64,000 bases of DNA from Candidatus Zhuqueibacterota bacterium (GTDB taxonomy: Bacteria > Zhuqueibacterota > Zhuqueibacteria > Thermofontimicrobiales > Thermofontimicrobiaceae): positions 32,001 through 96,000 of the forward strand of contig JBMOPW010000032.1 in NCBI GenBank assembly GCA_049322915.1. The letters run 5' to 3'. A model generated the notes under the pieces. It was not told the DNA's origin and did no database searches. It saw nothing but the letters and a program-made list of their open reading frames with translations. Position 1 is the stretch's first letter; every line of letters begins with the position of its first letter. A program made the position numbers and the translations under genes. Shown here in pieces: positions 29,800 to 40,258 of this stretch.

Positions 29800-31551
29800 A
29801 TGGCTTACCTTGTCTTAGCCAGAAAATGGCGACCTCAAAAATTTGAAGATGTGGTCAATCAAAAACACGTTGTCACCACACTCCAAAACGCTTTGAAGAC
29901 GATGCGGCTGGCCAATGCCTATTTGTTTGCCGGCCCCAGAGGAATCGGTAAGACGACCATTGCGCGGATTCTGGCTAAGGCGATAAATTGTGAACAGGGG
30001 CCTGCACAGAATCCATGCAATACATGCAGTAGTTGCACCGATATTACCGAAGGTCGAAGCCTTGATGTGCTGGAAATCGATGGCGCCTCCAATCGTGGAA
30101 TTGACGAAGTCCGCAATTTAAGAGAAAGCCTCAAATACGCTCCCAATCCCGGCAAATATAAAATCTATATCATCGACGAAGTGCACATGCTCACCACAGA
30201 GGCATTCAACGCGCTGCTGAAAACGTTGGAAGAACCTCCCTCCCGTGTCATGTTTGTCTTCGCCACAACAGAACCGCACAAAGTGCCTGCTACCATTATT
30301 TCCCGCTGTCAACGCTTTGATTTCAAACGAATCACACTGGGCGAAATCATTGAACAACTGAAAAGCGTTTGCTCTCAGGAGAATATCTCGATTGATGATG
30401 ATTCGCTCCAGCTCATTGCTCGTAAGGCAGAGGGCAGTATGCGCGACAGTCAGAGCTTGCTGGATCAGGCGATTTCTTTTTGCGGCGACACCATCCATGC
30501 CAACGAAATCATGGATCTATTGGGAGTGATCAACTGGGAAATTTATTTCGATTTCACAAACCACATTGCAGCGCACGATTTGAAGGCTGGTTTCCAGTTA
30601 GTCGATAAAATATTTTACAATGGCTATGATCTGGTCGAATTCCTTTTGGGCGTCAATGAGCATTTACGTAATATACTCATCACAAAATCGGTTGGGTCCG
30701 TCGAACTCATTGAAGCTTCCGATTTATTCCGACAGCGATATCAGAAGATAGCCCCGCAATTTCAGGAGCAGGATCTCCTCCGCCTCATTCAAATGTCCTC
30801 GGATGCGCAGTACTCAATTAAACGAAGCGCCAATCCCAGAATCTTTTTAGAAATGGTCGTCATGAAAATGATTCAAATGGATAAGACCGAGAAGATTGAG
30901 GCGTTGATTAAAGGGATTGATAGACTCCGTGCGGATATACAAACCGGTGGGCGAACGATTCCTGCAACTGGATATTCCCAGGCGCAACGTCCGGCAAATC
31001 AGGCCAGGGCGTCCGAAAACACTGCGCCCGTTTCCCAGAGCGTTCAAGAAAGCAGCCCTCAGGCTGCTCCAGTGGTGAAAGACAATCCGGTCGAGAAAGC
31101 AAAAGCAGTTCCGGAGGAAGGGGCCGCTGAAGAAGCAGAAACCGATAGCGGTTCGGAGGCCTCCTCTCAACAAGCCAACGCCCAGCTAGAACAAATCAAG
31201 CAACAATGGCCGCAAATCATTGATGAAATCAAGAAACGGAAAATTGCACTGGGTTCATTTTTAGGCGAAGGTCACCCGGAAAAAATTACCGAAGACAATG
31301 TATTGATTATCGGATTCAATGCGGACAATGCATTCCACATGAATTCTGTCAATAAAAACAAGAAGAATATTGAGGAGATTTTTCAGGAAGTACTGGGACT
31401 CTCTCTTCGGATAAAATGTATACAGACAAAAATTCTGTCAGAAGCCACCGCGTCCACGCCGAATGGCAATACCTATATGGACAGGTTGACACAGAAAATA
31501 CCGCTGATCAAGACAATCGTCGATGAATTTGATGGAGAGTTGATTAAATAA
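29800..31551 (+). CDS. dnaX: DNA polymerase III subunit gamma/tau
   Basis: LARKWRPQKF, GPRGIGKTT, EIDGASNRG, IIDEVHML, SRCQRF. Confidence 0.97.
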   Translation: MAYLVLARKWRPQKFEDVVNQKHVVTTLQNALKTMRLANAYLFAGPRGIGKTTIARILAKAINCEQGPAQNPCNTCSSCTDITEGRSLDVLEIDGASNRGIDEVRNLRESLKYAPNPGKYKIYIIDEVHMLTTEAFNALLKTLEEPPSRVMFVFATTEPHKVPATIISRCQRFDFKRITLGEIIEQLKSVCSQENISIDDDSLQLIARKAEGSMRDSQSLLDQAISFCGDTIHANEIMDLLGVINWEIYFDFTNHIAAHDLKAGFQLVDKIFYNGYDLVEFLLGVNEHLRNILITKSVGSVELIEASDLFRQRYQKIAPQFQEQDLLRLIQMSSDAQYSIKRSANPRIFLEMVVMKMIQMDKTEKIEALIKGIDRLRADIQTGGRTIPATGYSQAQRPANQARASENTAPVSQSVQESSPQAAPVVKDNPVEKAKAVPEEGAAEEAETDSGSEASSQQANAQLEQIKQQWPQIIDEIKKRKIALGSFLGEGHPEKITEDNVLIIGFNADNAFHMNSVNKNKKNIEEIFQEVLGLSLRIKCIQTKILSEATASTPNGNTYMDRLTQKIPLIKTIVDEFDGELIK

Positions 31552-31671
31552 CGTTGGAACTTTATCATAAGGATAAAGTAACAGATTTTGTGTCCGAGCG
31601 AGGAGTAGTCTTTTATTTTAGCCAGAACTCGTGGAACCGAATTGAGTTGTGGGGGCAAAGGAGAAATTAAC

Positions 31672-32016
31672 ATGAAAAATCTGGGCATTGCAGGTATTTT
31701 GAAACAGGCCCAAAAAATACAGGATGAGATTTCAAGGATTAAGCAGGAATTGGTGGGCATGAAGGTGGTCGGTTCCGCTGGCGGAGGCATGGTGGAAGTG
31801 ACTGCTAACGGCAGGCAGCAAATCATCGAAATTAAGATAGAGCAGGGTCTGGTCAATTCCGAAGATGTGGAAATGCTGGAAGATCTGGTTGTCGCTGCCG
31901 TGAATCAGGCGCTGGAGAAGTCACAGGAATTGGCAACTGAGCATTTGAACAAAGCGACAGGAGGGATGTTGGGCAACCTGCCTGAAGGCCTGAAAATTCC
32001 TGGCTTTGGAACGTGA
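31672..32016 (+). CDS. ybaB: YbaB/EbfC nucleoid-associated protein
   Basis: KQAQKIQ, GSAGGGMVEVTANG, EMLEDLVVAAVNQA; located between dnaX and recR; RBS AAGGAG. Confidence 0.95.
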   Translation: MKNLGIAGILKQAQKIQDEISRIKQELVGMKVVGSAGGGMVEVTANGRQQIIEIKIEQGLVNSEDVEMLEDLVVAAVNQALEKSQELATEHLNKATGGMLGNLPEGLKIPGFGT

Positions 32017-32170
32017 TTTCTTTTTTTACATTGTAAAATAAAACAGTGGGCTCAGGCAGCAGATTTAATCACCGATTAAAATGTCGTTCGAACGGAATGG
32101 CATGGAAATTGGCGCCAAACGCCCGGGATGAGATACGTCGTGACTCGGGTCAATCAATAACTATCGGAAT

Positions 32171-32773
32171 ATGTCAACAGGTTATTTCTCAAATTCAATG
32201 CAGCGGGCAGTGGATGAGTTATCCAAATTGCCCGGGATCGGAAAAAAGTCGGCGCAACGCATCGTGTTTTTCTTGCTCAAAATACCGCGAGATGAGGTGG
32301 CTGCTCTGGCACAGGCGCTGACGAGTGTGAAGGATAGCGCCACATATTGTTCCATTTGTTTCAATATCACCGATACCAATCCCTGCGCCATTTGTACGAA
32401 TACGAAAAGAGACCAAACGACGATCTGCATTGTTGAAGAAGCGAACGATGTCCTCGCTTTTGAAAAGACAGGAGAATACAAAGGCCTTTATCACGTACTC
32501 GGCGGAGCGTTATCGCCTTTGGATGGCATCGGGCCGGATGATTTGAAAGTGAAAGAATTATTAGCGCGTCTCACTGACGATGTGAGGGAGGTCATCCTGG
32601 CGAATAATCCGAATGTCGAAGGAGAGGCAACGGCTCTTTATCTGGCAAAATTGATGAAGCCATTAGGATTGAAAATCACTCGAATTGCCCGCGGAATACC
32701 CGTGGGCACTGACATCGAGTATGCCGATGAAATCACGCTGGCAAAGGCGCTGGAAGGAAGAGTTTCGATATGA
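32171..32773 (+). CDS. recR: Recombination mediator RecR
   Basis: LPGIGKKSAQR, C4 zinc finger, YHVLGGALSPLDGIGP, EGEATA. Confidence 0.97.
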   Translation: MSTGYFSNSMQRAVDELSKLPGIGKKSAQRIVFFLLKIPRDEVAALAQALTSVKDSATYCSICFNITDTNPCAICTNTKRDQTTICIVEEANDVLAFEKTGEYKGLYHVLGGALSPLDGIGPDDLKVKELLARLTDDVREVILANNPNVEGEATALYLAKLMKPLGLKITRIARGIPVGTDIEYADEITLAKALEGRVSI

Positions 32774-32881
32774 AAAGTCACAGCGCTCTCCTTCCAAGGA
32801 ATGGATAAATCAGATTGACATGCAGCTTCATGAAATTCGTGATTAACCCGAAGATTATTTAGTATGTACCGGGGAGCAAGA

Positions 32882-33502
32882 ATGAATTTTCCCACGCAAT
32901 TAACAGTGCTTCGAATTATTCTTACACCGGTTTTCCTTTTCCTAATATTCATCCATGGATTCAATTTTAAATTACTTGCATTTCTCGTTTTCATCATCGC
33001 CAGCCTGACGGATTGGTACGATGGCTACTATGCAAGGAAATTCGGGACTGTTTCCAAATGGGGTAAATTTCTGGACCCGCTGGCGGATAAGATTTTAGTA
33101 TCCGCCGCTTTGTTTGCCTTTTATAGCCTCGGCTATATAAAACTGTGGGTTGTCATCATCATTGTCGCTCGCGATTTTTTAATAACCGGCCTGCGTTCGT
33201 ATGCCCTGTTTAAGCAGCGTCCCGTTGTCACTTCGCAATTAGCCCGCGTCAAAACCTTTGTACAGATGGGCTCGGTTTTTATCATCTTTATCTATATGAT
33301 GTTCGATCACCTTGCTTTATCCCGGGATTCGCAATTCCAGATGATTGAGTTATTAACGAAAATTCAGTTCATCGATCGGATGATGGTGTTTGTGGTTTTT
33401 CTCACGGTGTACACAGCCATCATGTATTTAATTGAAAACCGCAACCATGTCACCGATTTTTTGAAAGCATGTTTCAGCGTTTTTAAACCGTCAGGCCTGT
33501 GA
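32882..33502 (+). CDS. pgsA: CDP-diacylglycerol--glycerol-3-phosphate 3-phosphatidyltransferase
   Basis: PTQLTVLRI, TDWYDGYYARK..GKFLDPLADK CDP-alcohol motif. Confidence 0.92.
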   Translation: MNFPTQLTVLRIILTPVFLFLIFIHGFNFKLLAFLVFIIASLTDWYDGYYARKFGTVSKWGKFLDPLADKILVSAALFAFYSLGYIKLWVVIIIVARDFLITGLRSYALFKQRPVVTSQLARVKTFVQMGSVFIIFIYMMFDHLALSRDSQFQMIELLTKIQFIDRMMVFVVFLTVYTAIMYLIENRNHVTDFLKACFSVFKPSGL

Positions 33503-33622
33503 ACCCGAAAGATTCACGAAGCACCGGCTGAACGAACGTCTAAATCCATTTCCCTGATGAATTGCCGGGGACTGTGCCCTACGCCTCACCATGTCTCCCC
33601 TAAATCAAAGAAGGCTAAGCCG

Positions 33623-34090
33623 ATGATTTTCTTCTCGAGAGTGATCGCGACGTTTTTAGGCATTGGATACTCGCCTGTTGCACCAGGCACGATGGGCGCA
33701 CTGGCGCTGGCTGTTTTGTATTGGTTTCTCCCAACGTTAACGGCCTTGCAGTTGCTGGGGGTAATCTGCGTTGTGATTTTTTTCGGTGTGCACTGCTCGT
33801 CAGTCACAGAGAAAGCGACGCAGGAAAAGCTGGGGCATGAAAAAGGAAATGACCCCGGAATCATCGTCATTGATGAGGTTGCCGGTATGCTCATCGCCCT
33901 GATCGCTCTCCCCAAAACGCTGCCGTACGTCGCGGCTGCTTTTGTGCTATTCAGAGTATTCGATATTTTCAAGCCGTTCCCTGTCAGAAAATTTGAAAAG
34001 CTGCCAGCCGGTTGGGGGATCATGTTCGATGATGTAATGGCCGGGATTTATGCGAACCTGATTTTACAGATCGCCGTGTTCGTGCTTTGA
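33623..34090 (+). CDS. pgpA: Phosphatidylglycerophosphatase A
   Basis: GYSPVAPGTMG, DPGIIVIDEVAG, FRVFDIFKPFP, GIMFDD. Confidence 0.93.
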   Translation: MIFFSRVIATFLGIGYSPVAPGTMGALALAVLYWFLPTLTALQLLGVICVVIFFGVHCSSVTEKATQEKLGHEKGNDPGIIVIDEVAGMLIALIALPKTLPYVAAAFVLFRVFDIFKPFPVRKFEKLPAGWGIMFDDVMAGIYANLILQIAVFVL

Positions 34091-34193
34091 TGAGTGAATT
34101 GATCTTTTCCTCATGATTTTCATGAGTTGAAAAAGATTGACCACTATCGGGCGAGGTCCGGGAAGTTTGATGATTCACAATTCAAAAAAAATC

Positions 34194-34222
34194 TTGATTA
34201 ATAGATTTGTTTATTGTATATT
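34194..34222 (+). promoter_or_regulatory. sigma70-type promoter of thpR-recA
   Basis: TTGATT-17 nt-TATATT. Confidence 0.6.
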
Positions 34223-34284
34223 TTAATCAAGAATTTGCCGCATGTTATCTTGCTTTCAGCAGGCCAATGAGTCGGGGAAATGGA

Positions 34285-34854
34285 ATGTCGTTGATTCGTA
34301 CTTTTATTGCCATTCAAATTCCGGCGGAGATGAAGAAGGAGATCGGAACGCTTCAGGAAAAATTCAAATCTGTTGGAAAAAGTGTCAGTTGGGTGAGACC
34401 TGAAAATATCCATGTCACATTGAAATTTTTAGGTGACACGAATGAAGCGCGCATCGATGAGATTGAGGGGAAAATCAAACTGGCGGTCAGCGGCGTTCAA
34501 CCATTTCAGATTGAAGTCAAGGGCGTCGGCGCCTTTCCAAACTTACGGCGACCCAGGGTCATTTGGGTTGGCGCGGCGAGCGAACCTGCTATGCTGGAAA
34601 CAATCGTCGAGAAACTTGAGAAAAATTTGAAGGAGTTGGGTTTTAAACCGGAAGATCGGAAATTCACAGCACATCTGACAATAGGTCGGGTGAAAGACGC
34701 GCCGGATGGCGTCGCGCTGTCCGGGAAGGTTCAGGCGTTTGCCCAATTCAATGCCGGATCATTCGAGACTGCGTCCATTGAATTGATAAAAAGTGACCTG
34801 CTCCCGACGGGCGCAAGATATACCACGCTGAGAAAAATCGTGCTACTTAATTAG
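34285..34854 (+). CDS. thpR: RNA 2',3'-cyclic phosphodiesterase
   Basis: RTFIAI; two HxT motifs (HVTLKFLG, HLTIGR). Confidence 0.93.
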   Translation: MSLIRTFIAIQIPAEMKKEIGTLQEKFKSVGKSVSWVRPENIHVTLKFLGDTNEARIDEIEGKIKLAVSGVQPFQIEVKGVGAFPNLRRPRVIWVGAASEPAMLETIVEKLEKNLKELGFKPEDRKFTAHLTIGRVKDAPDGVALSGKVQAFAQFNAGSFETASIELIKSDLLPTGARYTTLRKIVLLN

Positions 34855-34894
34855 AAGCGTTGTTCAACAATTTACTTTATAACTGAGGTAAACT

Positions 34895-35941
34895 ATGTCC
34901 AATGATATGGAAGAACGAAAGAAAGCATTGGAACTTGCAATAACCCAAATCGACCGGCAGTTTGGCAAAGGCTCGGTGATGCGTCTGGGAGATGAGAAAG
35001 CGCGCGAGCGGGTGAAGGTGATCTCGACCGGCTCCATTTCTCTGGATGCCGCATTGGGCATTGGCGGCATTCCGCGCGGCCGCATCATCGAAATATTTGG
35101 CCCGGAATCTTCGGGCAAGACGACGCTGGCTCTGCATGTGATTGCAGAGTCGCAAAAGCTCGGCGGGTTGGCAGCTTTCATCGATGCGGAACATGCGCTG
35201 GATGCGGCTTATTCTAAAAATTTAGGGGTGGATACGGAGAACCTGCTCATCTCGCAACCGGATACCGGCGAACAGGCTTTGGAAATTACAGAGACCCTGG
35301 TGCGCAGCGGTGCGATTGATTTGATCGTCATCGATTCCGTGGCGGCATTGGTGCCTCGCGCTGAAATCGAAGGTGAAATGGGTGATGCACAGATGGGATT
35401 GCAGGCGCGACTGATGTCCCAGGCCATGCGAAAACTCTCCGGCGCCATCAGCAAATCCAATTCGTGCGTCATTTTCATCAATCAGATTCGGGAAAAAATT
35501 GGCGTGCTGTTCGGTAATCCGGAGACCACCACCGGCGGCCGGGCGCTGAAATTTTATGCATCAGTCAGAATTGATATTCGAAAGACGGCGTCGATCAAAG
35601 ATAAAGAAAATATCATCGGCAATCGGACAAAAGTGAAGGTGGTAAAAAATAAAATGGCGCCACCGTTTCGTGAAGCCGAGTTCGATATCATGTACGGGAC
35701 AGGCATCTCGCGTGAGGGCGATGTGATCGATCAGGCCGTGAACCACGAAATCATAGAGAAAAGCGGCACGTGGTTTTCGTTCGGCGATGTTCGCATGGGA
35801 CAGGGACGCGAGAATGTGAAACGATTCCTACTTGAAAATCCCGACATTTACAATGAAATCGAACTGAAGGTGCGAAAAGCGATGGGTATTCTATTCGATT
35901 CGAAAGAAGAAGAAAAACCCGCCGCAAAGCCACAGGCATAA
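34895..35941 (+). CDS. recA: Recombinase RecA
   Basis: [37 protein letters not shown]; no intein. Confidence 0.99.
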   Translation: MSNDMEERKKALELAITQIDRQFGKGSVMRLGDEKARERVKVISTGSISLDAALGIGGIPRGRIIEIFGPESSGKTTLALHVIAESQKLGGLAAFIDAEHALDAAYSKNLGVDTENLLISQPDTGEQALEITETLVRSGAIDLIVIDSVAALVPRAEIEGEMGDAQMGLQARLMSQAMRKLSGAISKSNSCVIFINQIREKIGVLFGNPETTTGGRALKFYASVRIDIRKTASIKDKENIIGNRTKVKVVKNKMAPPFREAEFDIMYGTGISREGDVIDQAVNHEIIEKSGTWFSFGDVRMGQGRENVKRFLLENPDIYNEIELKVRKAMGILFDSKEEEKPAAKPQA

Positions 35942-36028
35942 AAAATTTTCCCCAGTGGGATGGATATCAAAGTCGGGATATGCACCGTGTCATAATCTTG
36001 TAACCATTTTCATTCACGAAATAGTCAG

Positions 36029-36700
36029 ATGGTGACTAAAAAAATTACCCAGATTGTTATTCAGCAAAAACGAAAAAATCGGTGTTCAATATTTCTGGAT
36101 GATGAATTCGCTTTTGGGCTGAACGAGGATGTTGTTTTTCAATATGGATTAAAAAAGGGGGATGAATTAACAGAGAAACAGGTTGAAGAGATACTTGTTT
36201 CCGAAGAGAAGAAAGCGGCCAAAGAACGGGCATTGAATCTGTTATCGTTTCGCGACCGAAGCGAGAAGGAGCTACGGACAAAGCTGAAGCAGGCTGGTTT
36301 TCAGGAGGCTAACGTCGACAGCGCCATCGATGAACTGAAGCGCCTCCGCTTCATTGATGATAGAAAATTTGCAATGAATTTTGCTCAGAGTAAAATGATG
36401 GCAAAGCCCTTGGGCGAATTTCTGCTCCGACGGGAGTTGAAGCAGAAAGGGATCGATGAAGAAATCATCGAACAGGTAATTGAAAATATTTTTGGAGAAA
36501 CAGATCAGGTAGCGCTGGCACTTCGAATTGCCGGACAAAAATTGAGACAAATTAAGAACCTGGATGAAACGAAGAAGAAAAGACGCGTGAGCGATTTGCT
36601 GCTGCGTCGCGGATTTAATTGGGATGTGGTCTCACAGGTGTTGGACCAGTGGGACGACTTGGGTGCTACGGATGAAGGGCCCGATGCAAATGGTGGGTGA
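36029..36700 (+). CDS. recX: Regulatory protein RecX
   Basis: ALNLLSFRDRSEKELR.KL, IDDRKFA, ELKQKGI, LLRRGF; follows recA. Confidence 0.92.
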   Translation: MVTKKITQIVIQQKRKNRCSIFLDDEFAFGLNEDVVFQYGLKKGDELTEKQVEEILVSEEKKAAKERALNLLSFRDRSEKELRTKLKQAGFQEANVDSAIDELKRLRFIDDRKFAMNFAQSKMMAKPLGEFLLRRELKQKGIDEEIIEQVIENIFGETDQVALALRIAGQKLRQIKNLDETKKKRRVSDLLLRRGFNWDVVSQVLDQWDDLGATDEGPDANGG

Positions 36701-36861
36701 ATTTTGATACAATGTCATTCAAAATTTAGCATTTAACAATACGAGACACGTTCAAAAAGTAATTGCCCAATGTGGTTCCCCGAAGAAAATCTTCATTTCA
36801 ACCCGCTTCGCAGTGTAACAGACAGACGGTAATAATTCATTTCCAATGGAAAAGGTGTAAC

Positions 36862-39489
36862 ATGACATCGAAAGAGATACGCAGTTCGTTCATTAGATTT
36901 TTTGAAAAATACAATCACAAATTCGTCCCCAGTTCGCCGGTGGTTCCCATTGATGATGCCACATTGTTGTTTGCAAATGCAGGAATGAATCAGTTCAAAA
37001 ACATTTTCCTGGAACTCGAAAAACGCGACTATACGCGCGCGGTCAACTCACAGAAGTGCATTCGAGTGAGCGGAAAACACAACGATCTTGAAGAAGTCGG
37101 CAAGGATACTTATCATCATACGTTTTTCGAAATGCTGGGCAACTGGTCGTTTGGCGATTATTATAAAAAGGAAGCCATCGCGTGGGCATGGGAATTGCTG
37201 ACCGACGTCTGGAAATTGCCGAAAGATAAACTTTACGCAACGGTTTTCCGGGAAGATGATGAAGCAGAATCGCTGTGGTGGTCTGTCACGGATATTCAGA
37301 AAAATCATGTGTTGCGTTTCGATGAAAAGGATAATTTCTGGGAAATGGGCGAAATCGGTCCGTGCGGCCCCTGTTCTGAAATTCATATTGATCTGGGCCC
37401 GGGGGCTTGCGATAAAAAAAATGTACCTGGCCACACATGTCATGTAAACGGCGGTTGTGCCCGTTATATTGAACTGTGGAATCTTGTTTTCATTCAGTAC
37501 AATCGTGAGACAGACCATTCCCTCACCGAACTGCCAGCGAAGCATGTGGATACCGGCATGGGATTTGAGCGGGTCGTTTCGGTGCTGCAAGGAGTACCTT
37601 CAAATTACGACACGGATATTTTCAAACCCATCATCAATAAGATCGCCGAACTGACGGACAGTCCCTACGAACAGGGAACTGCGGGCATGGCGCATCGCGT
37701 GATTGCCGACCATGTACGCGCGTTGACATTTGCCATTGCTGATGGCGCCTTGCCTTCAAACGATGGGCGTGGCTATGTGCTGCGACGTATTTTGCGGCGG
37801 GCAGCGCGCTTTGCCCGGACGTTGAATGTGACGGACCCGGTCATCTACAAATTAGTTCCCACAGTGGTGGATGTCATGGGGCAGGCGTTCCATGAAATTA
37901 AAGATAAACATCAGTACGTCGCCATGGTGATCAAGTCCGAGGAGGAGAGCTTCAACAATACGCTGGATAGAGGCATCGAGCTTTTTGAAAAATTAGTGCT
38001 GGAATTGTCAGCTAAAAAAATCCGTGAGATACCCGGCGAGGAAGCATTTCGTCTGTATGACACGTACGGTTTCCCGCTGGACCTCACGCAGCTCATGGCA
38101 GAGGAAAAAAACATGACAGTCGATGAACGCGGATTTCAGGACGAAATGGAAAAACAACGAGAGCGCGCTCGGAAGGCTGGCAAATGGGATTACAATCTGG
38201 AAGTGAATTTTAATGATTGGGAAATAGTGAGTTCCGGCTCAGATTCTGAATTTCTGGGATATACTTCGCTGAATACACCGGCGCAAATTCGAATGATGAA
38301 GCGGGAGGCGGATCAACTCTACCTTGTTCTGGACAGGACTCCCTTTTATGCTGAATCCGGCGGGCAGGTCGGCGATCAGGGTGAGATTGAGGGGACTGGC
38401 GTACTTCTGGCCGTGACCAATACAATTCGAATTGGCGAAAAGATTGTTCACATCGCCAAAGGTGATTTGCCAGTAGCGCTGAAAAATCCCAATGTCACCG
38501 CCAGAGTGAAGCGGGATCAGCGGATGAGCACGGCGCGAAATCACACAGCCACTCATTTGCTTCAGGCCGCCTTACGACAGGTGCTGGGCGACCATGTTCA
38601 CCAATCCGGTTCGCTGGTAACTCCGTTTCGTTTGAGATTTGACCTGACTCATTTCGAACGTATTTCCAGCGAGCAGTTGGAAAAGATTGAGCAAATCGTC
38701 AATGAAAAAATATTGGAAAATATACAAGTTGATGTGCAGCATACGACCTACGACAAAGCCAGAGAAATGGGCGCCATGGCGCTGTTCGGTGAAAAATATG
38801 GGGACGAGGTTCGTGTGATTCAAATCGGCGAATACAGCATGGAGCTTTGCGGCGGGACTCATGCTTCGGCCACTGGCCAGATTGGGCTATTCCGTATTGT
38901 TTCCGAATCCAGCGTGGCGGCTGGAATTCGCCGCATCGAAGCCACCACCGGAGAAGAGTCCCTGCGTCGCGTTAACCAGGAGCGGGTTATTCTTTCTGCT
39001 GTCGCTGATTCGTTGAATACCCCGGTGGATGAAATTACGCAACGAATTCTTCATTTGCTGAATGAGAAAAAGGCGCTGGAAAAAGAGCTACAGAAATTAC
39101 GTATGCAGGACTCTGCTCAGGAAGTGTCGAAGTGGATAGAAAATGCGCTGCAGATCGATTCGTTCAAACTTGTGGTCAGCAAATTGCAGCCGGAGTCAGT
39201 GGATGAACTGAAGAAGATCGGCGATGAGCTTCGGAATCGACTGAAGTCCGGAATTGGGCTGATTGGCGCAATCATCGATGACAAGATCAATTTTCTGTGC
39301 GTGGTGACGGATGATCTGGTTGCGCAGAAAAATTTAAAAGCCGGGGACATCGTAAAATCAGTGGCGTCCATTGCTGGTGGAAGCGGAGGCGGTCGGCCGC
39401 AAATTGCGTTGGCCGGGGCAAAAGATCTGGCCAAATTCGATGCTGCGCTGGCTGAGACCGAGAAGATCGTGCGATCGAAATTGAATTGA
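36862..39489 (+). CDS. alaS: Alanine--tRNA ligase
   Basis: LLFANAGMNQFK, HHTFFEMLGNWSFG, DTGMGFER, editing HTATH..ELCGGTH, GGSGGG DHHA1 domain. Confidence 0.98.
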   Translation: MTSKEIRSSFIRFFEKYNHKFVPSSPVVPIDDATLLFANAGMNQFKNIFLELEKRDYTRAVNSQKCIRVSGKHNDLEEVGKDTYHHTFFEMLGNWSFGDYYKKEAIAWAWELLTDVWKLPKDKLYATVFREDDEAESLWWSVTDIQKNHVLRFDEKDNFWEMGEIGPCGPCSEIHIDLGPGACDKKNVPGHTCHVNGGCARYIELWNLVFIQYNRETDHSLTELPAKHVDTGMGFERVVSVLQGVPSNYDTDIFKPIINKIAELTDSPYEQGTAGMAHRVIADHVRALTFAIADGALPSNDGRGYVLRRILRRAARFARTLNVTDPVIYKLVPTVVDVMGQAFHEIKDKHQYVAMVIKSEEESFNNTLDRGIELFEKLVLELSAKKIREIPGEEAFRLYDTYGFPLDLTQLMAEEKNMTVDERGFQDEMEKQRERARKAGKWDYNLEVNFNDWEIVSSGSDSEFLGYTSLNTPAQIRMMKREADQLYLVLDRTPFYAESGGQVGDQGEIEGTGVLLAVTNTIRIGEKIVHIAKGDLPVALKNPNVTARVKRDQRMSTARNHTATHLLQAALRQVLGDHVHQSGSLVTPFRLRFDLTHFERISSEQLEKIEQIVNEKILENIQVDVQHTTYDKAREMGAMALFGEKYGDEVRVIQIGEYSMELCGGTHASATGQIGLFRIVSESSVAAGIRRIEATTGEESLRRVNQERVILSAVADSLNTPVDEITQRILHLLNEKKALEKELQKLRMQDSAQEVSKWIENALQIDSFKLVVSKLQPESVDELKKIGDELRNRLKSGIGLIGAIIDDKINFLCVVTDDLVAQKNLKAGDIVKSVASIAGGSGGGRPQIALAGAKDLAKFDAALAETEKIVRSKLN

Positions 39490-40247
39490 AAATGAGACCA
39501 AACATGAGTACCTGGGAAAAGTTGCTTGCCATTCAGAAACAATGGGGTACCGGCTATGTGGTGCTGATAGACCCTGATAAACAACCGCTGGAACATAGCG
39601 TGAAACTTGCCCTGCGCGCAGAGCAGGAAGGCGCAGATGTTATCTTCATCGGAGGGAGTTTGCTTTCCACACCGATATTTGATGAACTTGTGAAACAGAT
39701 CAAAGAAAGTGTGAAACTGCCGGTCATTATTTTTCCGGGCGGGGTCCAGCAAATTTCCCGACATGCAGATGCTATCTTGTTCATGTCCGTCATCAGTGGA
39801 AGGAATCCGGATTTATTGATCGGTCAGCACGTCATGGCTGCACCGATAATCAGGATGTTAAAAATCGAAGCTATCAGTATGGGCTATATGCTTATCGAAT
39901 CCGGTCGCGTCACTTCCGCCGAGTTCATGAGCAACACAAAACCAATTCCACGTGATAAGGCTGATATCGCTCTGGCCCATGCTCTGGCCGCAGAATACCT
40001 GGGGATGAAACTGATTTATCTTGAAGCGGGCAGCGGGGCGCTTGAGCCAGTGCCGGATGAGATGATTTCCGCAATTGCCAAAACATGCCGCCTGCCCATC
40101 ATTGTCGGCGGGGGAATCAGGACGCCGGAGATTGCCAGACAAAAAGCCGATGCCGGCGCGTCTTTCATCGTTATTGGCAATGTATTGGAGACTAATTCAG
40201 AGAGAGGGGCTATTTCTCAATTCTCTCACGCGATTCACCGACGTTAA
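39486..40247 (+). CDS. Geranylgeranylglyceryl/heptaprenylglyceryl phosphate synthase (group II-like)
   Basis: VLIDPDK, IFIGGS, IIFPG, SGRNP, GYMLIESG, YLEAGSGA, VGGGIR, VIGN. Start may be 39492 or 39504. Confidence 0.92.
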   Translation: MKMRPNMSTWEKLLAIQKQWGTGYVVLIDPDKQPLEHSVKLALRAEQEGADVIFIGGSLLSTPIFDELVKQIKESVKLPVIIFPGGVQQISRHADAILFMSVISGRNPDLLIGQHVMAAPIIRMLKIEAISMGYMLIESGRVTSAEFMSNTKPIPRDKADIALAHALAAEYLGMKLIYLEAGSGALEPVPDEMISAIAKTCRLPIIVGGGIRTPEIARQKADAGASFIVIGNVLETNSERGAISQFSHAIHRR

Positions 40248-40258
40248 AAAAAACTGAA

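Noticed and set aside
34854..34865. Gram-positive-type SOS box (GAAG-N4-GTTC) upstream of recA
   Set aside because: Mismatch in the core, no second copy before other repair genes, and the LexA motif of this lineage is unknown.
36700..36861. T-box leader before alaS
   Set aside because: Only a loose TGTGGTTCCCCG resemblance; no stem I motifs or terminator.
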